A stretch of 64,000 nt of DNA. It comes from a virus. The notes below the pieces were generated by a model that made no database searches, was not told the DNA's origin, and saw only the letters and a program-made list of their open reading frames with translations. Of this stretch, positions 1-8,346 are shown in pieces. The first letter of the stretch is position 1. The number at the start of each line of letters is the position of its first letter. The stretch lies in IMG/VR virus record IMGVR_UViG_3300046799_000011, positions 1 through 64,000 of that record; one strand, given 5' to 3'. Made by a program: the position numbers and the translations under genes.

Positions 1-2
1 CT

Positions 3-428
3 AGGGGCTGGGAGGTGGGTAAGCCTCTGAAAGTCCGTCTACGGGGCTCTGACGGCTTCCGGCTCATGGAGACCGGATGTGAGATTATCTGGGCTACAGC
101 TTGGGAAGATGAAGCCAATGATTGGATCGGACCGCATATTGGTCTCCCAAAGCTTCCCCATATCGACTGGATAGACAAGAATCACTGGAATATTGAGAAG
201 CTTCACTGGAAAACAAAGAGAATTGTCCAATGGATGGCAGAAAATAGACCAGGAATACCCTTTATCTGGATTGATGACGAAGTTACCCGGAGAGATAGGG
301 ACTGGATAGAAGAATTTTGTCCAGAAGGTAGTGGAATTCTTCTTATTTCTCCTAAATACGGCCTTGAAGAGGGTCATTTCGAAAGAATAGAGGAGTGGAA
401 AGCCGAATGCCAGCCAATAATTGGATAG
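3..428 (+). CDS. HAD-family (Swiss-Army-knife RNA-repair-like, HAD_SAK) protein, 5'-truncated by window
   Basis: WATAWEDEAN...IGLP and FIWIDDE motifs; frame open to window edge. Confidence 0.7.
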   Translation, partial: RGWEVGKPLKVRLRGSDGFRLMETGCEIIWATAWEDEANDWIGPHIGLPKLPHIDWIDKNHWNIEKLHWKTKRIVQWMAENRPGIPFIWIDDEVTRRDRDWIEEFCPEGSGILLISPKYGLEEGHFERIEEWKAECQPIIG

Positions 429-568
429 ATCATGTAAATCTGGGTAATGGAAGATATCGCATGTACAACATAAAGTACAAATTGTATTATCTATTCGATA
501 AACATGACCACGTATTAGGTACAAGAAAGACTGTTGAAGAGCTAATCCAATTCAATAAGGAGGTTTAG
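407..568 (+). CDS. small hypothetical protein (53 aa)
   Basis: Hand-translated MPANNWIDHV...; tiles between neighbours. Confidence 0.5.
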   Translation: MPANNWIDHVNLGNGRYRMYNIKYKLYYLFDKHDHVLGTRKTVEELIQFNKEV

Positions 569-570
569 TA

Positions 571-741
571 ATGCGTCTTACCGCTAATAATCCAGGAGAA
601 CTTACAAAGGCAATGAAAAGGGTTGCTGTTCCGAAGTACCTATGGAAGCTGGATGCTCAAGCTCTTTACGATCTACTGGATTTGTACGCAATAACTACTA
701 CCTTGAGTGTAGTAACAGAATGGAAGAGGCAGAACCCATAA
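571..741 (+). CDS. small hypothetical protein (56 aa)
   Basis: AAGGAGG RBS; MRLTANNPGEL... Confidence 0.55.
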   Translation: MRLTANNPGELTKAMKRVAVPKYLWKLDAQALYDLLDLYAITTTLSVVTEWKRQNP

Positions 742-1283
742 AGATTTACTATGATACGGAATTCCTTGAAAACGGGGAGACTATCCGATTAATAAGTATA
801 GGAATGATAAGAGAAGACGGTAAGACTCTCTACCGGGTAGTAAAGGACTATAAGCTCCTTCTTGACGCCGCAGAGAACCCGTGGATAAAAAAGAATGTCC
901 TTAGTAGTCTTCCGGTAACCTACGAGAGATTCAGTGGCATTCCTCTATGGGATGAACTCCATGGACATTTTGACCGTAGAATTCTTACTGACCGGAAGAT
1001 TATTGCGGAAGACGTAAAGAGGTTCGTACTTGATACACCGGATCCGGAACTATGGGCTTACTACGCCGCTTATGACCACGTAGCCATCTGTCAGCTATTC
1101 GGCAGGATGCTGGACCTACCTTCTGGATTCCCTATGTACACAAGAGACCTCAAGCAGGAAATCATGAGACTCGGTAATCCAAGAGTCCCAGAACAAGAAT
1201 CCGGGAACCATAATGCATTGGAAGATGCCCGATGGAACAAGATGACATACGAGTACTTAATGAATCTACAGAAGCGGATATGA
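720..1283 (+). CDS. 3'-5' exoribonuclease, DEDDh Rv2179c/RNase AS-like
   Basis: YYDTEF, LISIG, AAYDHV.ICQLFG.MLDLP.GFP, HNALEDARWN. Confidence 0.85.
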   Translation: MEEAEPIKIYYDTEFLENGETIRLISIGMIREDGKTLYRVVKDYKLLLDAAENPWIKKNVLSSLPVTYERFSGIPLWDELHGHFDRRILTDRKIIAEDVKRFVLDTPDPELWAYYAAYDHVAICQLFGRMLDLPSGFPMYTRDLKQEIMRLGNPRVPEQESGNHNALEDARWNKMTYEYLMNLQKRI

Positions 1284-1680
1284 CATTGGTAAGCCCTATC
1301 AAGCAGCCGGACAGACCCATCCGTAAATGTGAGAACTGCGGTAACAGAACAAGTCTTATCTACTGTCCCAGTACCAGATGCAAGAACAGAAAGACAATAA
1401 TAGTAAAGGATGAAGGACGGATCTAACGATCCTAACCAGAAAGGTAACGAATCTAATGGGTGACATAGAATACCGGAAGCAGTGGAAGTGTACGAAGTGT
1501 AATGCCGTCAGTACAAAGCCCGTATGCCCAAGACCGGGTTGCGATGGGAAGATGAAGTAACCTGTGAAACACTATATGGAATGCGATACCTGTGGAGCCC
1601 TTAGTACCAACATACTAGATCCCAAGTGTCCCAGAAAAGGTTGTACAGGAACAATGAAAAAGAAGAAGACGCGGAGATAG
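1280..1680 (+). CDS. three tandem micro zinc-ribbon ORFs (1280-1426, 1456-1560, 1564-1680)
   Basis: CENC..CPSTRC; CTKC..CPRPGC; CDTC..CPRKGC. Confidence 0.6.
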
Positions 1681-1681
1681 A

Positions 1682-1828
1682 ATGGCAGAACAGGACAAGA
1701 CCCCAGTAACAGAGAACGGCTATAGAATCTCTTTCAACGGAAAGATGTGGCAAGCCGTTAAGGATAGCGTAGTAAGGTTTATGTACAAGGACAAGAACGC
1801 AGTAATAACCTGGGCCAAGAACAACTAG
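1682..1828 (+). CDS. small hypothetical protein (48 aa)
   Basis: GGAG RBS; ends just before terminator. Confidence 0.55.
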   Translation: MAEQDKTPVTENGYRISFNGKMWQAVKDSVVRFMYKDKNAVITWAKNN

Positions 1829-1831
1829 CCT

Positions 1832-1880
1832 AAATAAAAATCCCCTTTCCCTCATAACGAGAGATCGGGGATTTTTATTT
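1832..1880. terminator. bidirectional intrinsic terminator
   Basis: aaataaaaatccc...gggatttttattt between convergent genes. Confidence 0.7.
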
Positions 1881-2071
1881 TAGCCTACATAAATAACAAT
1901 GACATAAACACTCTTACGCTGTCTCTTCACACCAACAGAAACCTTCTTTCCTGCCCTTTTGGCATTCCGCATAATATAGTTCTTTTCTACTGAGTAGTTC
2001 TCAGTAACATATTTCCATGCGGCATCCTCAGTAGTGAATACATGATCCGTGTATACCTCTTGTCTGGCCAT
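1880..2071 (-). CDS. small basic hypothetical protein, probably leaderless mRNA
   Basis: ORF 63 aa; ATG lies 6 nt after a -10 box. Confidence 0.65.
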   Translation of the reverse strand: MARQEVYTDHVFTTEDAAWKYVTENYSVEKNYIMRNAKRAGKKVSVGVKRQRKSVYVIVIYVG

Positions 2072-2077
2072 GGGAAG

Positions 2078-2106
2078 ATACTAACAGATACGTAGTACGT
2101 TGTCAA
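2078..2106 (-). promoter_or_regulatory. sigma70/HrdB-type promoter
   Basis: TTGACA-N17-TAGTAT, then 6 nt to ATG. Confidence 0.7.
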
Positions 2107-2691
2107 CAATGAAATTCAATTTTTAATAGGGCTTTTATAGAAAAAGATACAGTACTTTGAAAATAGCCAAATCATATTCGCAAAACCGGGCCGCCCCTTT
2201 TGTCCACATATGTCGTTAATGGTACCCCCTTCCCCATATGGTTATTATGTCCGTTTCACCCTTATTAGCCTAGGGGATCACCCTTATGCCTATAGGGGAT
2301 GTATGTCATACCTAAGGATGATATGGGAGCTATGTTGGGGATGATATGTATGCCTGGAATGCCATATATTACATAGAGTTATCATATTACTAGGGGAAAA
2401 GGGGATCTAATCCCTATTTTCGTTACTATCCGTTATATTCTGTATGTCCGATATGCCATTTATAGTCTATTTAGGCGATACGGGGGATATATGAGGGTTG
2501 ACATGATAGGAGTGTGGTGCCTGATATAACACTATTTGATCCCGCACAAGAGTTGATCCTCTTACCTAGAGTGATGTACTGATGGAGTGTCATAGTCATG
2601 TATGTCTATGTTCCCTGGTCAAGGGCTATATCTAATGGGCTGTCAGGTATAAGTGATGGAGCGTCATATACTACGTAGGGTTATATTGCTC

Positions 2692-2770
2692 TCTAAGAGC
2701 CTGCCAGGCATGGGGGTGAGTGGTTGGACCTAGAGCATGATCCAAAGCCCTTAGAGAGGCGTACAGAGCT
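2692..2770 (+). repeat. bipartite dispersed element, copy 1 (others 4622-4700, 6512-6587, 16440-16516 minus, 19122-19199)
   Basis: TCTAAGAGCCT(CACAG) and TTAGAGAGGCGTACAGAGCT arms starting 57-59 bp apart. Confidence 0.7.
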
Positions 2771-3006
2771 TTCCTGGCTATACCTATCAGTAGCGTTGAC
2801 AGGCTGTTCTCTCTATGCTTACCAGAGATGATCTTCTTATCCTCCGGAGGCCCAAAATTCCCTAAAAGGGACATAGAGGACGCCATTGTTCAAGCTTGCG
2901 TAAAGACTTGGTCATGGGTAGGGGTCTGGAGTTGCGGAAAGCCCTGGTCAAGAGGAGAGTCCCCCTATCGCACAACGCGTGCGAGTGAAGGCAAGGGAGA
3001 GACACC

Positions 3007-4605
3007 ATGCGAAACGTCAAGCTCAGTAAGGCAATGGTTACCGCGCTCCGCACGGTTGAGACGCACGCTGATGGCCGTATGGCCCTTCCGGCTGGGACGC
3101 GTACGGGAACGGCTGTTGCCCTCATCGAACGCGGTATCTGCCTGCCCCTCAATGGCGATGACTGCCACTTCCTTACTCGCCAGGGTGTCAGTGCATGGGT
3201 CACGGCATCGGGAGATGACGCATGGAATGGCTGCAAGGTGTCTGTGAGCGACGATGAGCACTCGATGGGGGAGTTCACCCCGGACGCTCCCGTTGAGCCT
3301 GTAGGGGATGCTGAGACTGCCTATTGGGCACAGATTGCCGTTGCGGATGCTGCCATGGCGGATCAGCGTGTGGCGGATCTTACGATCATGTCGAATGACT
3401 CCATCATGAGCAATGAGTGCACTTGCTCTCCGGGCGCTCCCTCCCCCGGCAATCACCCGTGCCTGCATTGTGGTGGCGACAACTCATGGTGTGCCAAGCA
3501 CTACCCGGCTCCGCCTGCCATTGACACGCAGGACATTCCCTCTGTGCCCAACATGGTTGACGTTCCCTCTGTGTGCTACTGGGCATGCGAGAACAACGTC
3601 ACGGGCGCATTCTGCGACTACGTCGGGCGTACTGAGGGTGTGTGCGATGAGCATGCCTACAGGGTCACCACACCTATCACTCCGGTTGTTGACCCCTTTG
3701 TTAGTCCCTCGCTTGCTCTCGTGCGTGCCGTTGTGAGTGGTGCTGTGCCTACGGCGTCGGTTATCCAGAATCGCTCTGGGAACTACGGCGTGACGCACTA
3801 TCACTCCCCTGCCTGTGGTGACGTCAAGCGAGAGATGAAGCACTGGGGACAGACTGAGAGTGACGTTATGTTCTTCCCCTTCAAGTCCGTCGCTGAAATC
3901 CTCATTCACGAATTCTCGGACGTTGCGAGTGATGAGAATGAGGTGAATTCGCGGGAGTGGTGGAGTTCAATCTTCCACAACGCGAATGAGGAGAAGTACA
4001 GCGGTATTCGCATCATGCCTTGCCTTTCCATTCCTGCGGGAACGACCAGTGATGGCAGCCCTATCGTCACGGATGGCAAGAACTACCGCGCGGGATTCAA
4101 GCGTCAGATTGTGGAAGATGAGCAGACCTCTTATGAGGTTCCTTCCCACACTCGTTACCCGCACGGCCGTAGTGGTCCGGATGACGTGACTGCCCTCACA
4201 GAGGTATTCGAGTCTGGCACCCGCATTGTCTCTCAGTCGGGTGACGCGGGAACGGTTATTCAGCCGTACATGACTGGCGTACTGGAATCCACGGGTACCC
4301 GCTTTGCTGCGGTAACTCTGGAAATGGACAACGGTGTGCGTCAGTCCGCGCTGATTGGTGACCTTGAAATTGAGGACGCCGGTTTTGTCGAGACCATGGT
4401 GACAAAGGAGTATGACCTTAGCGTCATGGTGGACGATTCCACGGGCGCAATGGTCTCCCTCGGTTGGGTCACTCTCACCATGAATGCCGCACAGGCGAAC
4501 GACACAGACCGCATTGCGGAGGCATACGGGGCCATCCACGGAACGGGCACCCCTCGCCACGGTTGGGCATCCATCATCGTCGTCAATGAGGTCTGTGACC
4601 TCTAG
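3007..4605 (+). CDS. large mosaic early hypothetical protein (532 aa)
   Basis: GGGAGAG RBS; Cys/His clusters; no family recognised. Confidence 0.75.
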   Translation: MRNVKLSKAMVTALRTVETHADGRMALPAGTRTGTAVALIERGICLPLNGDDCHFLTRQGVSAWVTASGDDAWNGCKVSVSDDEHSMGEFTPDAPVEPVGDAETAYWAQIAVADAAMADQRVADLTIMSNDSIMSNECTCSPGAPSPGNHPCLHCGGDNSWCAKHYPAPPAIDTQDIPSVPNMVDVPSVCYWACENNVTGAFCDYVGRTEGVCDEHAYRVTTPITPVVDPFVSPSLALVRAVVSGAVPTASVIQNRSGNYGVTHYHSPACGDVKREMKHWGQTESDVMFFPFKSVAEILIHEFSDVASDENEVNSREWWSSIFHNANEEKYSGIRIMPCLSIPAGTTSDGSPIVTDGKNYRAGFKRQIVEDEQTSYEVPSHTRYPHGRSGPDDVTALTEVFESGTRIVSQSGDAGTVIQPYMTGVLESTGTRFAAVTLEMDNGVRQSALIGDLEIEDAGFVETMVTKEYDLSVMVDDSTGAMVSLGWVTLTMNAAQANDTDRIAEAYGAIHGTGTPRHGWASIIVVNEVCDL

Positions 4606-4711
4606 AATGCACAGAATGGCCCCTAGGACGCTCTAACAGGTTCTAGGGGCCCCGTTGGTCCAACCATCCGAAACGATCTTTCTACAGAGCAACTGAGAGG
4701 TTTTGATCATC

Positions 4712-6481
4712 ATGGCAGTCACGGGTGCACGTCTCAACGGAGCAGTACTTCACGTCATCAAGAACGGGATGAGCCACGACGTAAGCGCGTGTGGCCGTGT
4801 GGTCATTGCGGGCAAGGGTGAGGGCATGCGTATGTGCCGTACCTGTGTCCGTGTGAATGAGGACGCTAGGCGTATCGATGACAAGCGGCGCAAGACCTCT
4901 CGTGATGCCCGTATGGCTGCAAGCATTACGGGTGAGGAAATTCAGACTGAATTCATTTCGTGGGAATTCGATTTGACTGCATTCGAATTGGCAATGACCG
5001 AAGAAAAGATTGCCAAGATCAATGCGCGGTGTGAAAAGCGCGGTATTCCTGGTGGATTGAATGTGGAATCCCATGAGGAAACGCGTAAAGAGACGAATAT
5101 CTTCGGTGTCACAACCGAATGGATTGTATTCGCTACCCGCATTACCGGAATTGCGCCTAAGCTTCCCGACTGGGAATTCGTCGCCACCCTGGATTACGAC
5201 CAGCACGCGGGTTTGATTGTGCGCACGTATCCCGGCGTCAATTCCATTGACCGTAGCGAATTGCGTGAGGGATTCTGCGACCATTGCCAGACTGACCGTT
5301 ACCGCAAGAGCACGTATGTCATGCGGAACACAAAGACTGGCGAACAAGTCCAGGTCGGCTCATCTTGCATAAAGGACTTCACAGGCTGGACAGCACTTCC
5401 CTACACGTTCGACCGCATGGCGAGTGACGTTGAGGAATTCAGTGGTGGATTTGGTGGCGGAGCACGTGACGTAACCACACTGACCGTTCTTGGCATTGCC
5501 TGGGCTTGTGTGACTGAGTACGGCTACGTCAAGTCTCGGGACATGAACTCCACTGTGGGTTATGTGCGTGACGTACTGAATCCCCCTAAGAAGATTTCTT
5601 CCGAAGATCTTGCCGAATTGCGGCGTCTTGCCGTTCATGGTGAATCCATGGAAGGAAAGGCCAAGGAATTGCAGGCATGGATTCTGTCGGATGAATTCAG
5701 CGGTAATTCCGAATACGTCCTCAACCTGAAATCCATTATCGGTGCGAAGATGGTTTCCCCTCGCAATATGGGTATCCTTTGCTCTGCTCCGCAGGCATGG
5801 GCAAAGCACTTGGAAAAGACCTTTATCAATAAGGTCGAGAAATCAGAGAATGTCAGTGCTCATGTCGGCGAAATTGGTGAGCGCTGGGAACTGCTTCTCA
5901 AGGTCGAGTCTGAGCGCTACATTGAGACTGCCTACGGTAGTTCGACGCTTTACCGCATGAGTGACGCTAGCGGTAATGTCTTCAAGTGGTTCGCGTCGAA
6001 TGACATTCTCTCGGACTACATCGGCGAGTATGTCAGCATTGCTGCGGGCATCAAGGCTCACAATGAATGGAAGGGAGTTGACGAGACTAGTTTGACCCGC
6101 TGCAAGGTAATTGGGGATATCGAAATTCCCCGCAAAATCAAGGATGCAACCGTAAAGGCAACCTTTGAGATAAAGGTTTCGGATGCGGTAATCAACATGA
6201 ATGAGGTTTACCTCATGAATGGTGAGTACTTCCGTATTCGGACCACAAAGGGAATTGCCTACGCGGTTCGCCACACTGCGGACGGCTGGACCTACGCACA
6301 GGGATCCATTCGGCAGCTTGAGCGTATGGGCACGGTCCTTACGGCCGATGACGCTGCAAGGTTCGGACATGAGCACAAGCGGTGTGTGTACTGCCACAAG
6401 AATCTGACCGACGCTCGTTCCATGGGTGTTGGCTACGGTTCCGACTGTGCAAGCGCGCATGGTCTTCCTTGGGGTGAGTAG
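4712..6481 (+). CDS. conserved phage protein with CxxC zinc module, OB-fold-like region and C-terminal DUF6011-like zinc finger
   Basis: CDHC...QVGSSCIKDF; HVGEIGER...GNVFKWFAS; CVYCHKNLTDARSMGVGYGSDCA. Confidence 0.7.
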   Translation: MAVTGARLNGAVLHVIKNGMSHDVSACGRVVIAGKGEGMRMCRTCVRVNEDARRIDDKRRKTSRDARMAASITGEEIQTEFISWEFDLTAFELAMTEEKIAKINARCEKRGIPGGLNVESHEETRKETNIFGVTTEWIVFATRITGIAPKLPDWEFVATLDYDQHAGLIVRTYPGVNSIDRSELREGFCDHCQTDRYRKSTYVMRNTKTGEQVQVGSSCIKDFTGWTALPYTFDRMASDVEEFSGGFGGGARDVTTLTVLGIAWACVTEYGYVKSRDMNSTVGYVRDVLNPPKKISSEDLAELRRLAVHGESMEGKAKELQAWILSDEFSGNSEYVLNLKSIIGAKMVSPRNMGILCSAPQAWAKHLEKTFINKVEKSENVSAHVGEIGERWELLLKVESERYIETAYGSSTLYRMSDASGNVFKWFASNDILSDYIGEYVSIAAGIKAHNEWKGVDETSLTRCKVIGDIEIPRKIKDATVKATFEIKVSDAVINMNEVYLMNGEYFRIRTTKGIAYAVRHTADGWTYAQGSIRQLERMGTVLTADDAARFGHEHKRCVYCHKNLTDARSMGVGYGSDCASAHGLPWGE

Positions 6482-6587
6482 CAGTACCTCTAGAACGGCC
6501 CTCACGGCCCCTCTGAGCGTCTTACAGGGTGGCTGTGGGGGAGTTGTCCAACTACATCAAACGATCTTGTTAGAGGGGCGTACAGCG

Positions 6588-6971
6588 ATGCGTATCTATC
6601 GAGTGGCCAAGCCTGTAAGTGAGTCAGGGCATTTCCCTGGTGGTCCTTACGTGTACATCCCTGAGCATGACTGGGGCACCCGCAGGGATCTTAATAAAAT
6701 GATGATGGACCACAGTTCAAACCCAACACACCCCGCACCATGGCATGAAGGTCATGGGGAGATGATGCCCTCAGAGCGTTGTGGTTTCTCCGATGAGCTG
6801 CAATTGCTGGAATGGTTTGACGGATATCTGGATATGCTGGATTTCCGAGGCTTTGAAGTATATGAATACGAGGTTTACGAGGATTGTGTACACGAGTACA
6901 CATATCAAACAATATTCGATGAGCGAGACGCTGAATTTATCCGCAAATACCCGATCAATGTAAAGGTGTGA
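6588..6971 (+). CDS. hypothetical phage protein
   Basis: MRIYRV...GPY...HPAP...CGF...WF...GF. Confidence 0.65.
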   Translation: MRIYRVAKPVSESGHFPGGPYVYIPEHDWGTRRDLNKMMMDHSSNPTHPAPWHEGHGEMMPSERCGFSDELQLLEWFDGYLDMLDFRGFEVYEYEVYEDCVHEYTYQTIFDERDAEFIRKYPINVKV

Positions 6972-6978
6972 ATAAATA

Positions 6979-7386
6979 ATGTCTGAAATTGAGCGCGCTA
7001 TCTCCCTGTCAATACTTTTGGCCGAAATGATTAAGCGAGGGGAAATAACTCGCCTACTCGCAACAAAGATTTACCGTACGGCTTTTGGCACCCAATTGGC
7101 AGAAACGCTATTCATGATTGATAGCGCAATTGGAAATCTGAATGAAGGAGTTTCTCTGAAATGAGGAAATTGTTCTGGGCTATTCGTCGGAAGTGGCATA
7201 GGCCAAAGCTTGACGAGTACGGCTATTGCACTCGATGCGATTAGGAGAATAGAAATGCATTTCTTGCACAAGTGGGGTAACTGGCGTTCAATGTTTCCCT
7301 CCCTCGGTGTCAGTAGTAGTTTTCAGTATCGGGTATGCTCTGTGTGTGGCAGACAGCAGAACCGTAGGGTTACTACTAAGGGTTGA
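6979..7386 (+). CDS. three small ORFs (6979-7164, 7161-7244, 7255-7386); the last two with His/CxxC motifs
   Basis: Each downstream ORF has a GGAG RBS; HKWGNW...CSVCG. Confidence 0.5.
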
Positions 7387-7575
7387 CAGATCCTTCGGAT
7401 CCCTGTACCCTCTCTTTTATATTTAATATATATATATATATATAAGTATAAAAGAGAGAATAACTATATACTAATAAAATAATAGTAGATAGAAGAATAA
7501 AACCTTTATACTAAAAGTTTAGGTTTTATTCTTCTATCTATTTAATAATATTAATCTTCTTATATTAAGGACTAT
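7383..7575 (+). other. promoter followed by extremely AT-rich tract with inverted repeats (candidate origin)
   Basis: TTGACA-N17-TACCCT; (TA)n run; perfect 20-bp IR 7486-7505/7521-7540. Confidence 0.5.
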
Positions 7576-7582
7576 ATTTCAT

Positions 7583-8052
7583 ATGAAATATAGAAGGTGC
7601 TGGTCTGTTAGATTTGCCTTTGGCAAGTGGCACCGTTGCACTTTGAGAAACGATCACGTACTCTACAGTCGTTGGCACATGAGCCGTTCCGGCTCTCTCT
7701 GGCTAGTTGAATGGGAGAAATAGCTATGGTAGACGTTCCTTGGGTGGCTTGTCCTAAGCATATTGTCCACCATGTGGATTCTTGTGATTCTCCTGGAATT
7801 CCGGAATTCACAAAGTTTGGAAAGGTTACTACAATGCCTGGTACAAATAATGGCTCTACGGGGCCTAAGAGGCTGTCTCTCACACCCCCTGGCGTAGTTC
7901 CTCACTACTCCCTTGCTAGGCTCACACGGAGCGAGCTAGAGCTTATAGCGGGCGCTCTGTGGACTGTGGTCCATCGTGATGGTTCATGGGATGCTGAGGA
8001 TGCCTGGAAGGCTGAACAAATCCTAGACCGCATAGACACAGTGCTCCCTTAG
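7583..8052 (+). CDS. two small hypothetical ORFs (7583-7723, 7726-8052)
   Basis: Tandem ORFs with RBS-like sequences, followed by terminator. Confidence 0.5.
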
Positions 8053-8061
8053 TGATCATGA

Positions 8062-8099
8062 GAAAACCCCTGGTCAGAGATGATTCAGGGGTTTTCTTG
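8062..8099 (+). terminator. intrinsic terminator
   Basis: gaaaacccctg...caggggttttctt. Confidence 0.65.
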
Positions 8100-8108
8100 T
8101 GTCTGGGC

Positions 8109-8137
8109 TTGACCTCACTGCGGACGGCATGTAGTGT
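8109..8137 (+). promoter_or_regulatory. early HrdB-type promoter
   Basis: TTGACC-N17-TAGTGT. Confidence 0.7.
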
Positions 8138-8164
8138 TCCTCTTGTCGCCACAACGGGGCACAA

Positions 8165-8307
8165 ACTCAGGTAGTCCACTGGGAAGACAGGTAGAGCCTA
8201 GACAGTCCGAGTCTTACTCGTGCAAGCGAGAAAAGAGGGACCACGGTCGTTAGACTAGTCAAGGCTTGAATCCTAGGTATCCTGTCTACCCTGTAGATTA
8301 CCTGAGT
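8165..8307 (+). ncRNA. structured leader RNA: long closing helix enclosing a multi-way junction
   Basis: 8165-8176 pairs with 8296-8307; AGACAGG/CCTGTCT; inner hairpins including a GCAA tetraloop. Confidence 0.6.
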
Positions 8308-8346
8308 AGGATTTACTATAAAACTCAATAGTGGAAAGGAAATCCA

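Noticed and set aside
8320-8332. AAACTCAATAGTG resembling the actinobacterial rrn leader/boxA region
   Set aside because: Upstream half of the motif does not match and it is a single occurrence.
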